This document shows, piece after piece, positions 38,120 to 46,647 of a stretch of DNA of 54,289 bases. The DNA is taken from IMG/VR virus record IMGVR_UViG_3300027969_004149, positions 1 through 54,289 of that record; one strand, given 5' to 3'. Positions within the stretch are counted from its first letter, which is position 1, and each line of letters begins with the position of its first letter. Position numbers and translations under genes: made by a program. Under the pieces are notes generated by a model. The model was not told the origin of the DNA, searched no databases, and worked only from the letters and a program-made list of their open reading frames with translations. This DNA comes from a virus (taxonomy: Duplodnaviria > Caudoviricetes).

Positions 38120-40045
38120 ATGAAAAAAGTCTATTTAATACAGGCAGAGATTACTTCTGGCCCGTCCAATGAACACTATCTGCCGTTTTCAGTAGGCTGC
38201 ATATGGGCGTATGCTAACCAGTTCAGTGATATTCAAAGCAATTTTATGTTGGCGGATGTGATTTGGAAACGTGAGGGACAGCAAGATGTGTTGGATAAAA
38301 TAAAAGATCCTGACATAATAGGCTTTAGTACCTATGTTTGGAATCACAATTGGAATCTTACGTTAGCTAAAAAAATCAAACAACGATGGCCTGATTGTTT
38401 GATAGTGTTCGGAGGCCCTAGTATTAATGAAAGTTGGCTGACACATGATTTTATAGACGTTGCTATGTTCGGCGAAGGTGAAATGGCGTGGGCAGATCTT
38501 TTAAGAAAGTATATCAACAAGGAACCAATCGACCGCTATTGGAATAATCCTAGACAACAGGATATAGCAGAATTTCCTAGTCCGTATACTGCAGGATTTT
38601 TTGACAAAATTATAAAAGAAAATCCAGATATCAGCTGGTATATGATGATCGAAACCAATCGAGGGTGTCCTTATCACTGCACATTCTGCGGATGGGGTGC
38701 AGATTATCTTAATAAATTAAAAACGTTTAACCTAGAAAGAACCAAGGAAGAAATGGATTGGGCAGTGACTAACAACATTCATTGGTTGTTTGTTATTGAT
38801 CCGAACGCAGGCATATTAAAAGAACGTGACGTTGAGATCGCATGGATGGCTAGACGTGCTATTGAGGATCCCGTGAGTAAAATTCGTAGAGTCACATTCA
38901 ATCATGCCAAGAATCTCAATGAAGCCTGTTTTGAAATAGAAAAAATAATACAAAAATGGACCTATGGATTAGAAATGGCTGTGCAAAGTATGAACGTGCC
39001 TACTCTAGAAGCCAGCAAACGAAATAACATGGGAATGAATAATCTAGAACGTGCCTATGCGCTGTGTCAAAAGCATGGTATAAGATACTATACCGAATTG
39101 GTGTTAGGACTTCCTTTAGAAACTAAAGAAACATTTATCAACGGACTGTTCACTATCATGAAACTAGGACAACACGATTCAGTGAAGACCTATCCCTGTA
39201 CAGTTATTCCTAATTCAGAAATGGCCAGTGAAGAATATCAAACCCGCTACGGGATAAAATTAATACATCCACGAGACATGTACAGATCTAAAGAAGAAAG
39301 AATATGGGATGAGGAAGATCAAAGCTGGGAAGACATCGCTATGGTTAGTGCTACAAATACTATGAGCAGTCAAGATATGGCAGATACATTATCTTATCAT
39401 TGGATGTTGGCACAGTTTCATTATTCTGGTGTCACTCAGTTAACTTCTAAATATCTATATCACATGCATAACATAGAATATAGAGATTTTTATGACCGAC
39501 TATACCAATATCTCAAACAAGATACACTAGGCAAAGCATTAATAGATTCTGTTGAAGAAATCTTGACAAATTATTTTATACATGGTGAAGTTCCCAATGA
39601 AGAGCGATATCATAATGTGGTTGCATTGACTCTGCCCGAAACATATAAATTAAACTATATCGTAGAAAACAAGAAACATTTTATCAACTTGGGCTTTGCT
39701 GTAGGAGAAAGTTTTAGAGAAATAGAACCCAGTATTGTAGACTTACAAACAGCATTGATGAAAGACGATAGTCAAACTTATCCTCACAAGATCTATTCTA
39801 TCATAGACATCGATAGATGGGTCTATGAATTCAGCGAGTACGAGATACACAAACATGACCCAGTAAGTCATATGCATGATCAAATGTATACCAAGTTTCT
39901 TATGAAAACTGATATTGTTAACATTAATAATCCATACCAACACCAAGACGTTGAGGATACGTATGATGGTAATAAAATTGCTGCACACGCAACTATTCCT
40001 ATTATCCCTATTGCCAGCACAACAGCAGACGGAAGAATTTTATGA
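38120..40045 (+). CDS. cobalamin-binding radical SAM protein
   Basis: N-terminal B12-binding-type domain (GFSTYVWN, VFGGP, GEGE); ETNRGCPYHCTFC; LGLPLET. Confidence 0.9.
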   Translation: MKKVYLIQAEITSGPSNEHYLPFSVGCIWAYANQFSDIQSNFMLADVIWKREGQQDVLDKIKDPDIIGFSTYVWNHNWNLTLAKKIKQRWPDCLIVFGGPSINESWLTHDFIDVAMFGEGEMAWADLLRKYINKEPIDRYWNNPRQQDIAEFPSPYTAGFFDKIIKENPDISWYMMIETNRGCPYHCTFCGWGADYLNKLKTFNLERTKEEMDWAVTNNIHWLFVIDPNAGILKERDVEIAWMARRAIEDPVSKIRRVTFNHAKNLNEACFEIEKIIQKWTYGLEMAVQSMNVPTLEASKRNNMGMNNLERAYALCQKHGIRYYTELVLGLPLETKETFINGLFTIMKLGQHDSVKTYPCTVIPNSEMASEEYQTRYGIKLIHPRDMYRSKEERIWDEEDQSWEDIAMVSATNTMSSQDMADTLSYHWMLAQFHYSGVTQLTSKYLYHMHNIEYRDFYDRLYQYLKQDTLGKALIDSVEEILTNYFIHGEVPNEERYHNVVALTLPETYKLNYIVENKKHFINLGFAVGESFREIEPSIVDLQTALMKDDSQTYPHKIYSIIDIDRWVYEFSEYEIHKHDPVSHMHDQMYTKFLMKTDIVNINNPYQHQDVEDTYDGNKIAAHATIPIIPIASTTADGRIL

Positions 40046-41211
40046 ACTTAATTGGCTTTAATAATTCTAACATAAACAGAATGTTAGAATCTATTGCAGG
40101 AAAGCATCTACTGCCCACTGTGTCTCTGTGTCATCATTGCCATAGACATATTCCAGCATGGCGATATGAGAAAGACAACAAAGTTTACATGGTAAAGAGT
40201 TGTGCTATTCACGGCATCAGCCATCACCTAATCGAAAATGATTATGAGTTCTACTCGGGGCTATACTATACACAAGATAATCCCAAATACAATATGAACG
40301 GTGGAGTGCTTATAGAAGGCAGCGATAGATGCAATCTAGAATGTCCTCACTGTTATCATTTGCCAGACAATGACGTCAAGGATCCTTCTATTGAAGAATT
40401 GGTTAGACAAGTACTAACTATGCCATTAGGTGATCCAGACGGCGTTCATCGTATTATACTTGCTGGTGCAGAGAGTACTCTCAGACGAGATTTTCCAGAA
40501 ACTGTGGCTGCTATACGAGGACTGCACCCGGATGTTCATGTCAGTGTACTAACCAACGGTATCAGATTCAACGACAGCGATTTCTGTAGACGCAGCGTAG
40601 AAGCCGGATTGCATGCTGCCAACATAGGACTAAATCATCCTGACTACATTAACAATGAAACTGTGAGAAGAAAACAAATTACTGCCATAGAAAACATGAT
40701 GAAGGAAGATGTTTCTGTAGGATATATTGGATACACTATGGTGGGATTCCACGAACTAGATTATATACTAAATGAAATTTGGACTAATGGTTGGACTCCC
40801 AAAACTTTCAGGATCAGACTAGGAGCCGAGATTGGTAGAAATGCCACTACTGAAGTCTCTACAGTTAGTGATTTATATAAAGCTGTTGAGCAATGGTGCC
40901 TTGTTCGAGAAATACCTTTTAGTAGAATCATCGAAGCAGACAACAACATATACCATGTGATGGTCGAAATGGGGGATAAATGTTTGCGATTGATCAACTG
41001 GTGTGATGAAACCAACATTGACATGGAAGAATTGCGGAGTGGTCCGTGGTGCAATTTTGTGCCTGACGGGATTACAAATTTTCTACATCAGGTCATCCGC
41101 CGAGACATATGGAAAAACAAAAGTATACCATTACCCGATGCACCGCCTCAGCGATATTTGTTAGCCAGACATCCTACAAAAGATCCTCTGGATCTTCTTA
41201 ATCTACTTTAG
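40042..41211 (+). CDS. radical SAM protein, MJ0619/Tes-like N-terminal metal domain
   Basis: SLCHHC..IPA..VYMVKSCAIHG; RCNLECPHCY; LTNG. Confidence 0.85.
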   Translation: MNLIGFNNSNINRMLESIAGKHLLPTVSLCHHCHRHIPAWRYEKDNKVYMVKSCAIHGISHHLIENDYEFYSGLYYTQDNPKYNMNGGVLIEGSDRCNLECPHCYHLPDNDVKDPSIEELVRQVLTMPLGDPDGVHRIILAGAESTLRRDFPETVAAIRGLHPDVHVSVLTNGIRFNDSDFCRRSVEAGLHAANIGLNHPDYINNETVRRKQITAIENMMKEDVSVGYIGYTMVGFHELDYILNEIWTNGWTPKTFRIRLGAEIGRNATTEVSTVSDLYKAVEQWCLVREIPFSRIIEADNNIYHVMVEMGDKCLRLINWCDETNIDMEELRSGPWCNFVPDGITNFLHQVIRRDIWKNKSIPLPDAPPQRYLLARHPTKDPLDLLNLL

Positions 41212-41802
41212 TTGCTTGCCGATTATCATAAATCGAGTATACAAAGGCAATTCAAGTTCACCTGCCCAATATATTTCTTCTAAATGGCATTGTTCTTTAA
41301 ACTGTTCTAGAGTGTTGGCAGTACGAACGTGTTCCGGAATATCATAGTTGTTGCTTTGTAGTATCAATAAACTACTATAAGGCATACCACTTAACCATAG
41401 ATCGTATTGGTCTTGTGTGATATGTTCACAGCTGGTATTGATAACAACGTCGGCATCGCTGCGTATTTCACACATGTCTGCGGTAACTGCATGAAACTTT
41501 CCTACCATTTCTTCAATCTTGTTCATGTTGATGGCAATAGGTTTGCAGATAGGATCAATGTCAATGCTACGAATGTTAAGTATTGGAACGTCGCTTTGAA
41601 ATAGCATACTGGCTAACACACCGACCCATCCACCGTGAATGTCCACTGTAACAAATTTCTTTACATGGGTACGAAGATTTGTAATCAACCACTCTTTACT
41701 TGTAAGCTGACCTGACCAGAATGCATCCATGGTTCGCATGGGATCTGGACTTTGGCGGATAGCCTGCATCCAATGATGTAAATGTTCAGTGTTTATTTGC
41801 AT
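41203..41802 (-). CDS. class I methyltransferase-like protein
   Basis: IHGGWVGVLA, SIDID, DM, VVINTSCEH. Confidence 0.7.
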   Translation of the reverse strand: MQINTEHLHHWMQAIRQSPDPMRTMDAFWSGQLTSKEWLITNLRTHVKKFVTVDIHGGWVGVLASMLFQSDVPILNIRSIDIDPICKPIAINMNKIEEMVGKFHAVTADMCEIRSDADVVINTSCEHITQDQYDLWLSGMPYSSLLILQSNNYDIPEHVRTANTLEQFKEQCHLEEIYWAGELELPLYTRFMIIGKQLK

Positions 41803-42773
41803 TTGGGTATTTTGCTATCTGCTGAACTTACACAACTTTCTGTAACACACGATCGAGATTGAGAAAATAATTTAAAACCCTCGGTTAAGGTTCCTAATGG
41901 TGCATCATGACAACTATAGCTTCGTTTTACTTCATCACCTCTTATTATAACACTTTGATAACCAGCATTGCAATTCCAATCTTTAAATTTATTAAAACCA
42001 AATGCATTAAATCGTTCTGCTTGATCAAACAGATATTCCTTTCCATCTACATCATACAAGGCTATTTGATAAGTGTCTTCACCATTTGCACGTTGCGGAA
42101 ATCCTGTTTGCATTTTATTAATCATGTCATCGGTGTATCCATCGACAATCGAACTAGCTGTAGGATCGCTTTGAGGTTTAAGTGTTACATTGATTCCGCG
42201 AGCATGAAAACGTTCCATTCGAGCATACAGTTCGTCAAATTTTGCTGGCACCATTACTTGATTAATAGTAACGTGTACTAGTTCATATTGTAACTGTAAA
42301 CACTTGTCGCCAAATTCTTGTTCTTTGGCAAACTCATCATGAAAACTGGCAGTAATACTTCTGCGTTGCAACAATGCAGTATTGGCACACCACGTGTTCC
42401 ACCATTTGCTACCTGGACTTAGGTTGGTGGTCATATGTACACTCTGATACTCAGATTCCAATTCGTCTAGATGCTTTACCAAGTCTGGTAATTGTTTATA
42501 AGCAGTTGGCTCACCTCCGCTGAACGACCAATGAAACTGGTTAAACCCATTAGCTCGTGCTTGACGCTTAATCTCGTCTACTGTAGATTTATATACTTCA
42601 AGCGGTTGGTGATCTATTCGGTCACTGCGAGCATAGGGCCAGCAGTATGAACAGTTATAATTACAGAAGCGGCCCAAGATCCAACTGGTAGAAAACAATG
42701 GGCGATGCAACATAGTACGCTGTCCAAATCTTACTATGCGGTCAAAAGGTATCTTGGTGAAGTCGTGCGTCAT
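41793..42773 (-). CDS. radical SAM protein with C-terminal SPASM-like domain
   Basis: CNYNCSYC, FSGGEP, MTTN; CNAG..SC..C..C; TATTTA at 42784 upstream. Confidence 0.9.
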   Translation of the reverse strand: MTHDFTKIPFDRIVRFGQRTMLHRPLFSTSWILGRFCNYNCSYCWPYARSDRIDHQPLEVYKSTVDEIKRQARANGFNQFHWSFSGGEPTAYKQLPDLVKHLDELESEYQSVHMTTNLSPGSKWWNTWCANTALLQRRSITASFHDEFAKEQEFGDKCLQLQYELVHVTINQVMVPAKFDELYARMERFHARGINVTLKPQSDPTASSIVDGYTDDMINKMQTGFPQRANGEDTYQIALYDVDGKEYLFDQAERFNAFGFNKFKDWNCNAGYQSVIIRGDEVKRSYSCHDAPLGTLTEGFKLFSQSRSCVTESCVSSADSKIPKCK

Positions 42774-42801
42774 ATTCTGACAGTATTTAACTACAAAAGC
42801 C

Positions 42802-42830
42802 TTGACCTTTTGCGTTTACGGTTATATACT
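42802..42830 (+). promoter_or_regulatory. sigma70 promoter for the tRNA-like RNA
   Basis: TTGACC-N17-TATACT; predicted +1 near 42837. Confidence 0.75.
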
Positions 42831-42836
42831 GTATAA

Positions 42837-42945
42837 GTGGTCGTGAGTGGAACTTGGTATACCTCCGGTCCGTTGTGAAACGCATTTGGGCAAGGGCACC
42901 GTCTTAGACATCGCTTTGTAGGTTCGAATCCTACCGACCACACCA
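42837..42945 (+). ncRNA. 109-nt tRNA-like RNA with non-canonical anticodon domain
   Basis: Perfect acceptor GTGGTCG/CGACCAC+ACCA, perfect T arm GTAGG-TTCGAAT-CCTAC, Leu-like D region GGAACTTGGTATAC; no 5-bp stem/7-nt anticodon loop found. Confidence 0.75.
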
Positions 42946-42987
42946 ATTACTACGATAAGTAGAATAACATAACTTAAGGAAAACATT

Positions 42988-43185
42988 ATGTCAAACACAG
43001 TAGAACAATTAAAAACAGCAATGGAAGAATTCCTATCAGAGGATGCCAAATTCGCCGCTGGCAATAATGCCGCAGGTACTCGGGCTCGCAAGGCTCTTCA
43101 GGAAGTAGGCAAGGCAGTTAAAGCTCGCCGCAACGAAATCACAGAAGAAAAAAATGCCCGCAAAGAAGCAAAAACAACAGCCTAA
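42988..43185 (+). CDS. histone H1-like (Hc1-type) small basic protein
   Basis: GNNAAGTRARKALQEV..ARRNEI. Confidence 0.7.
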   Translation: MSNTVEQLKTAMEEFLSEDAKFAAGNNAAGTRARKALQEVGKAVKARRNEITEEKNARKEAKTTA

Positions 43186-43636
43186 CTACAACTCGGACAC
43201 CGTGACCATAGATAGCAGCTATGGTGCGGTGCCTTATGAAACTATCATAGGCGGCAGTATGGGAACTGATACCATCACACTCAATAACACTCTGTGGTCT
43301 GGCGGATCAATAACATCACCTTACATCTACACTACTAACGTGACTAGTGGGGCTGGTACATATAATTGGAATAATACCTCATTGACCAACGGTAGTAGCA
43401 CCGTTCACATCGATGCAGACGGCCTTACTATGAAGGAAGGTGCTGATATCAAAATTGGCGGTAAGAGTCTAACCAAAGCCATAGAGCACATTGAAGAACG
43501 GTTGGGTATTCTAAATCCCAATCCGGCACTAGAAGATCGTTGGGAGCAGTTAAAAGAACTGCGTCAGCAATATGTAGAGATGGAACGAGATCTTCTCGAA
43601 AAAGAGAAGTTGATGAAGATTTTAAAGGAAGCATAA
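43154..43636 (+). CDS. hypothetical protein
   Basis: S/T/G-rich N-terminus, coiled-coil-like C-terminus. Confidence 0.65.
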   Translation: MPAKKQKQQPNYNSDTVTIDSSYGAVPYETIIGGSMGTDTITLNNTLWSGGSITSPYIYTTNVTSGAGTYNWNNTSLTNGSSTVHIDADGLTMKEGADIKIGGKSLTKAIEHIEERLGILNPNPALEDRWEQLKELRQQYVEMERDLLEKEKLMKILKEA

Positions 43637-44301
43637 TGAATGTTCGATTACTCAGCTATAGTCAACCCACCCAGGAATTTGCAGACCTTGGCATCGCAGA
43701 TGCACAGGAACTCATTGCGTATTGCGCCCGTGTCAGCAATCCCTCCAATCAACTCAACACAGACACATCAGAAAAACTTATCAGATACTTGGTCAAACAC
43801 CAACACTGGTCACCACTCGAAATGGTCTCTGCCTGTATCGAAATCACTACAACTAGAGATATTGCTAGACAAATCTTGCGTCACCGAAGTTTCAGTTTCC
43901 AAGAATTTTCTCAACGCTATGCTGATCCAACGAAAGATCTCAATTTTGTTACAAGAGAAGCTAGACTTCAAGACCCCAAGAACAGACAGAACAGTGTCGA
44001 AGTTGATGATCAACTGTTACAAAATGAATGGTACCGTGCTCAACAACGAGTCATCTATGCTGCCAAACGAGAATATGAATGGGCTATTGCTAACGGCATA
44101 GCTAAGGAGCAGGCCCGTGCTGTATTGCCCGAAGGACTTACAGAAAGCAGATTATATATGAACGGTACATTACGTAGTTGGGTACATTTTATTGAACTGC
44201 GTTCAACAAACGGCACACAGAAAGAACATCAAGAAGTTGCTGTTGCCTGCGCTAAAGTTATTGCAGAAATATTTCCTATGACTACGGATTTGACAGGATG
44301 A
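43636..44301 (+). CDS. thyX: flavin-dependent thymidylate synthase
   Basis: ARVSN, HWSPLE, RQILRHRSFSFQEFSQRY, EQARAVLP. Confidence 0.95.
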   Translation: MNVRLLSYSQPTQEFADLGIADAQELIAYCARVSNPSNQLNTDTSEKLIRYLVKHQHWSPLEMVSACIEITTTRDIARQILRHRSFSFQEFSQRYADPTKDLNFVTREARLQDPKNRQNSVEVDDQLLQNEWYRAQQRVIYAAKREYEWAIANGIAKEQARAVLPEGLTESRLYMNGTLRSWVHFIELRSTNGTQKEHQEVAVACAKVIAEIFPMTTDLTG

Positions 44302-44531
44302 GCACTTTAGAGAAATTAAAAATTATTGTTGAAAAAGAATCTGCTCGTTCATTAGAAGATGATGAAATTAGTAGTACTTGGGAAGAACTAGATTTAGATA
44401 GTCTCTCTATGATTTCAGTTTTGCGAGATGTAGAGGACGAATTCAAAATTGTTCTTGAATACAATATATTCAAAGATCATAAAATTACCTGTATCAATGA
44501 TTTTTCGGAATACATAGATAAAAAATTATGA
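44298..44531 (+). CDS. acyl carrier protein
   Basis: 77 aa, acidic; LDLDSLSM phosphopantetheine site; VEDEFKI. Confidence 0.85.
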   Translation: MSTLEKLKIIVEKESARSLEDDEISSTWEELDLDSLSMISVLRDVEDEFKIVLEYNIFKDHKITCINDFSEYIDKKL

Positions 44532-45346
44532 TTGAAAAATTTATTGTATTTGGTTCTTGTCATACAGCCGGAGTTGAATTGTGGTCTGATAAAACCATTC
44601 CCGACTATTCAAATATGGATCCGTTAATTGCCGCAGTTAGATCAGATCCTAGAGTTTATATTGATCATATTCAAAATGGTAAATTTAACAAAGATATTCC
44701 TGAACAGATAGAATATGAAACAAATAATTCGTGGGTTAACGCATTAAGAGATCATTTTCCTAATACTGAAGTTATCAATACTTCAGTGGCGCAGAGTAAT
44801 TTGAAGAATTTCTTAAAAGCATCAACCTATTTTTTACAAAATCAAATTGATAAAACATCAACCTGTATTATTATAGAAATAACTGAGCCTACTGGAATTA
44901 CTGTGTGTCAAGACAACATGTTAAAATATGGTAGCAAACAACACTTAGGGTTTTATTTTGATGAACACCAGGCCGAGTTGATGAATTCGTATCTCGACTC
45001 TTATGAGAGTGCAAGATACAGAGCTTACCTAGATATAGTTTTTCTTTATAATTTAATTGGCAATCTAAGAAATCAAGGATACAATGCTCAATACTTCATG
45101 TGGAACCGAACTCCTTGGACTCGGTTGTTGAGTAGCACTGATCCAATCAAGATGTTTCAACCACAAAGCAATGACACCGACATGTTTGATAAATTGTTTC
45201 ATGAATTTTTACAAAATTCTCTAATCACTGTCGAACAGGAAACTGAAATAAAACAAATTCCCTTGTTGCCGCATGGACATATGCGACTTGAGGCACACGC
45301 ATTATTAGGTAAATTTATCAGTAAACGAATTATGGAGATAGTATGA
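44528..45346 (+). CDS. SGNH-like protein
   Basis: VFGSCHTAG, SW, N, C-terminal HGH. Confidence 0.5.
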   Translation: MIEKFIVFGSCHTAGVELWSDKTIPDYSNMDPLIAAVRSDPRVYIDHIQNGKFNKDIPEQIEYETNNSWVNALRDHFPNTEVINTSVAQSNLKNFLKASTYFLQNQIDKTSTCIIIEITEPTGITVCQDNMLKYGSKQHLGFYFDEHQAELMNSYLDSYESARYRAYLDIVFLYNLIGNLRNQGYNAQYFMWNRTPWTRLLSSTDPIKMFQPQSNDTDMFDKLFHEFLQNSLITVEQETEIKQIPLLPHGHMRLEAHALLGKFISKRIMEIV

Positions 45347-45885
45347 AGCTATGGTCGTATTTTGATGTACCGAATTGGGAAGATATGAGAGATCGTATCA
45401 ACCAAAGGTGGGCCGACGAATATCCCAGAATGAAGATGCTAAATTATTTCCCTAATCATGTAATATACGAAACTGTTCCAGATTTAAAAGATTGGTTAGA
45501 TTCTCAAGGCATAACAGTGTCCGGGTTTGGCATTTTTATTTTTCAATACAATACCACCGATAGCAAAGTGCATGTGGATATTGGAAATCCCACAAACTAT
45601 AGATTTAATATTCCATTAATGAATACCGATACCAGCCATACTGAGTTTTTTGAAACTGTTTGGGATAAAGGTGTAGACATTCAGAATTTAGATGCCACAG
45701 AAGATTCACCGGTTAGGGAATGGGAGTACGGCGACGAGGGCACACTGCTCGACGGGTTTGTATTAAACCAACCGGCTATATTACACGTGAGAGTACCTCA
45801 CAGAGTTAGAGTCACCGAAAACAAACCAAGAATTTGTTTGACTGCTTGTCCGATTTCCGACAGTCAATTGTTGAGATTTTTATGA
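45343..45885 (+). CDS. 2OG-Fe(II) oxygenase-like protein
   Basis: VHVD, RFNIPL, VPHRV..PR; resembles the 26331 protein. Confidence 0.65.
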   Translation: MKLWSYFDVPNWEDMRDRINQRWADEYPRMKMLNYFPNHVIYETVPDLKDWLDSQGITVSGFGIFIFQYNTTDSKVHVDIGNPTNYRFNIPLMNTDTSHTEFFETVWDKGVDIQNLDATEDSPVREWEYGDEGTLLDGFVLNQPAILHVRVPHRVRVTENKPRICLTACPISDSQLLRFL

Positions 45886-46181
45886 TAGGCATTGATATTA
45901 CTGCGATTAAGAGATTTAAAAAATCCACTGAATCGTTAGCAACAAAAATATTAACCCCAGACGAGATGTTAGAATATAATGCGGTGAAAAATAAAGCAAA
46001 TTATCTAGCAGGAAGATGGGCTTGTAAGGAATCTGTATTCAAAGCTACAGGCCTAACTAATGTAACAGTATTATCGGATCCTAACGGTAAACCATACGTT
46101 AAAGATCATCGAGATATCATGGTCAGCATAAGTCACGATCAGTCTTATGCAGTAGCAATGGCTGTTCAAAAAAACGTTTAA
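45882..46181 (+). CDS. acpS: holo-ACP synthase (4'-phosphopantetheinyl transferase)
   Basis: IGIDI, LAGRWACKESVFKA, GKP, VSISHD..YAVA. Confidence 0.9.
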   Translation: MIGIDITAIKRFKKSTESLATKILTPDEMLEYNAVKNKANYLAGRWACKESVFKATGLTNVTVLSDPNGKPYVKDHRDIMVSISHDQSYAVAMAVQKNV

Positions 46182-46184
46182 AAA

Positions 46185-46565
46185 ATGGAAGAACTTAATA
46201 AATTTTGTCAAAACTACGAAGTGCGTGTTCTAAACGATTCCAAGCGTAGGGCACGGTATCATCCTCCTAAGTTTTTCACAGACCCTTGTCGTGCTGATCT
46301 TATTCGCAATGACATCATAGAGTACGAAACCGAAAAAGTCTATACAGTAGAAATACCCGAAGGTAGACTTCGCACTCTAGTCGAAATGGAACGTAGGTTC
46401 TTTAACTATGTTGCACATCACGACAAGCCGATTGACATGTTTCAAACACTTATGGACAAGGAACGTGAAGAAGCTCATTATAGAAATACCAATCAAGCTG
46501 TTAAAAAAGCCTACGAACAGTATTCGATTATGCTTAACCTAGCAGGATATCAAAAAAAGTTTTGA
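46185..46565 (+). CDS. hypothetical protein
   Basis: ORF in operon. Confidence 0.7.
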   Translation: MEELNKFCQNYEVRVLNDSKRRARYHPPKFFTDPCRADLIRNDIIEYETEKVYTVEIPEGRLRTLVEMERRFFNYVAHHDKPIDMFQTLMDKEREEAHYRNTNQAVKKAYEQYSIMLNLAGYQKKF

Positions 46566-46582
46566 TTCATTTTGAATAGATA

Positions 46583-46611
46583 TTGACAGGTTTATAGAAA
46601 GATAGTATAAT
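46583..46611 (+). promoter_or_regulatory. sigma70 promoter
   Basis: TTGACA-N17-TATAAT. Confidence 0.9.
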
Positions 46612-46647
46612 TAAGTTGTTCAGCAGAATAATCATTAAGGAATAAAA

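Noticed and set aside
9168-42773. RiPP precursor peptide for the SPASM enzymes
   Set aside because: Intergenic gaps are too small. I saw no short Cys-rich or repetitive leader-core ORF, and no RRE, protease or transporter gene. A precursor could lie outside the window.
42837-42945. tRNA-His(GTG) or tmRNA call for the tRNA-like element
   Set aside because: TT-GTG-AA is present, but its flanks (GTCCG/ACGCA) do not pair and His identity elements are absent. There is no G3-U70 pair, tag ORF or sufficient length for tmRNA.
43636-44301. thyX as a base-hypermodification enzyme
   Set aside because: It has canonical ThyX motifs, and no dUMP/dCMP hydroxymethylase is visible in the window.
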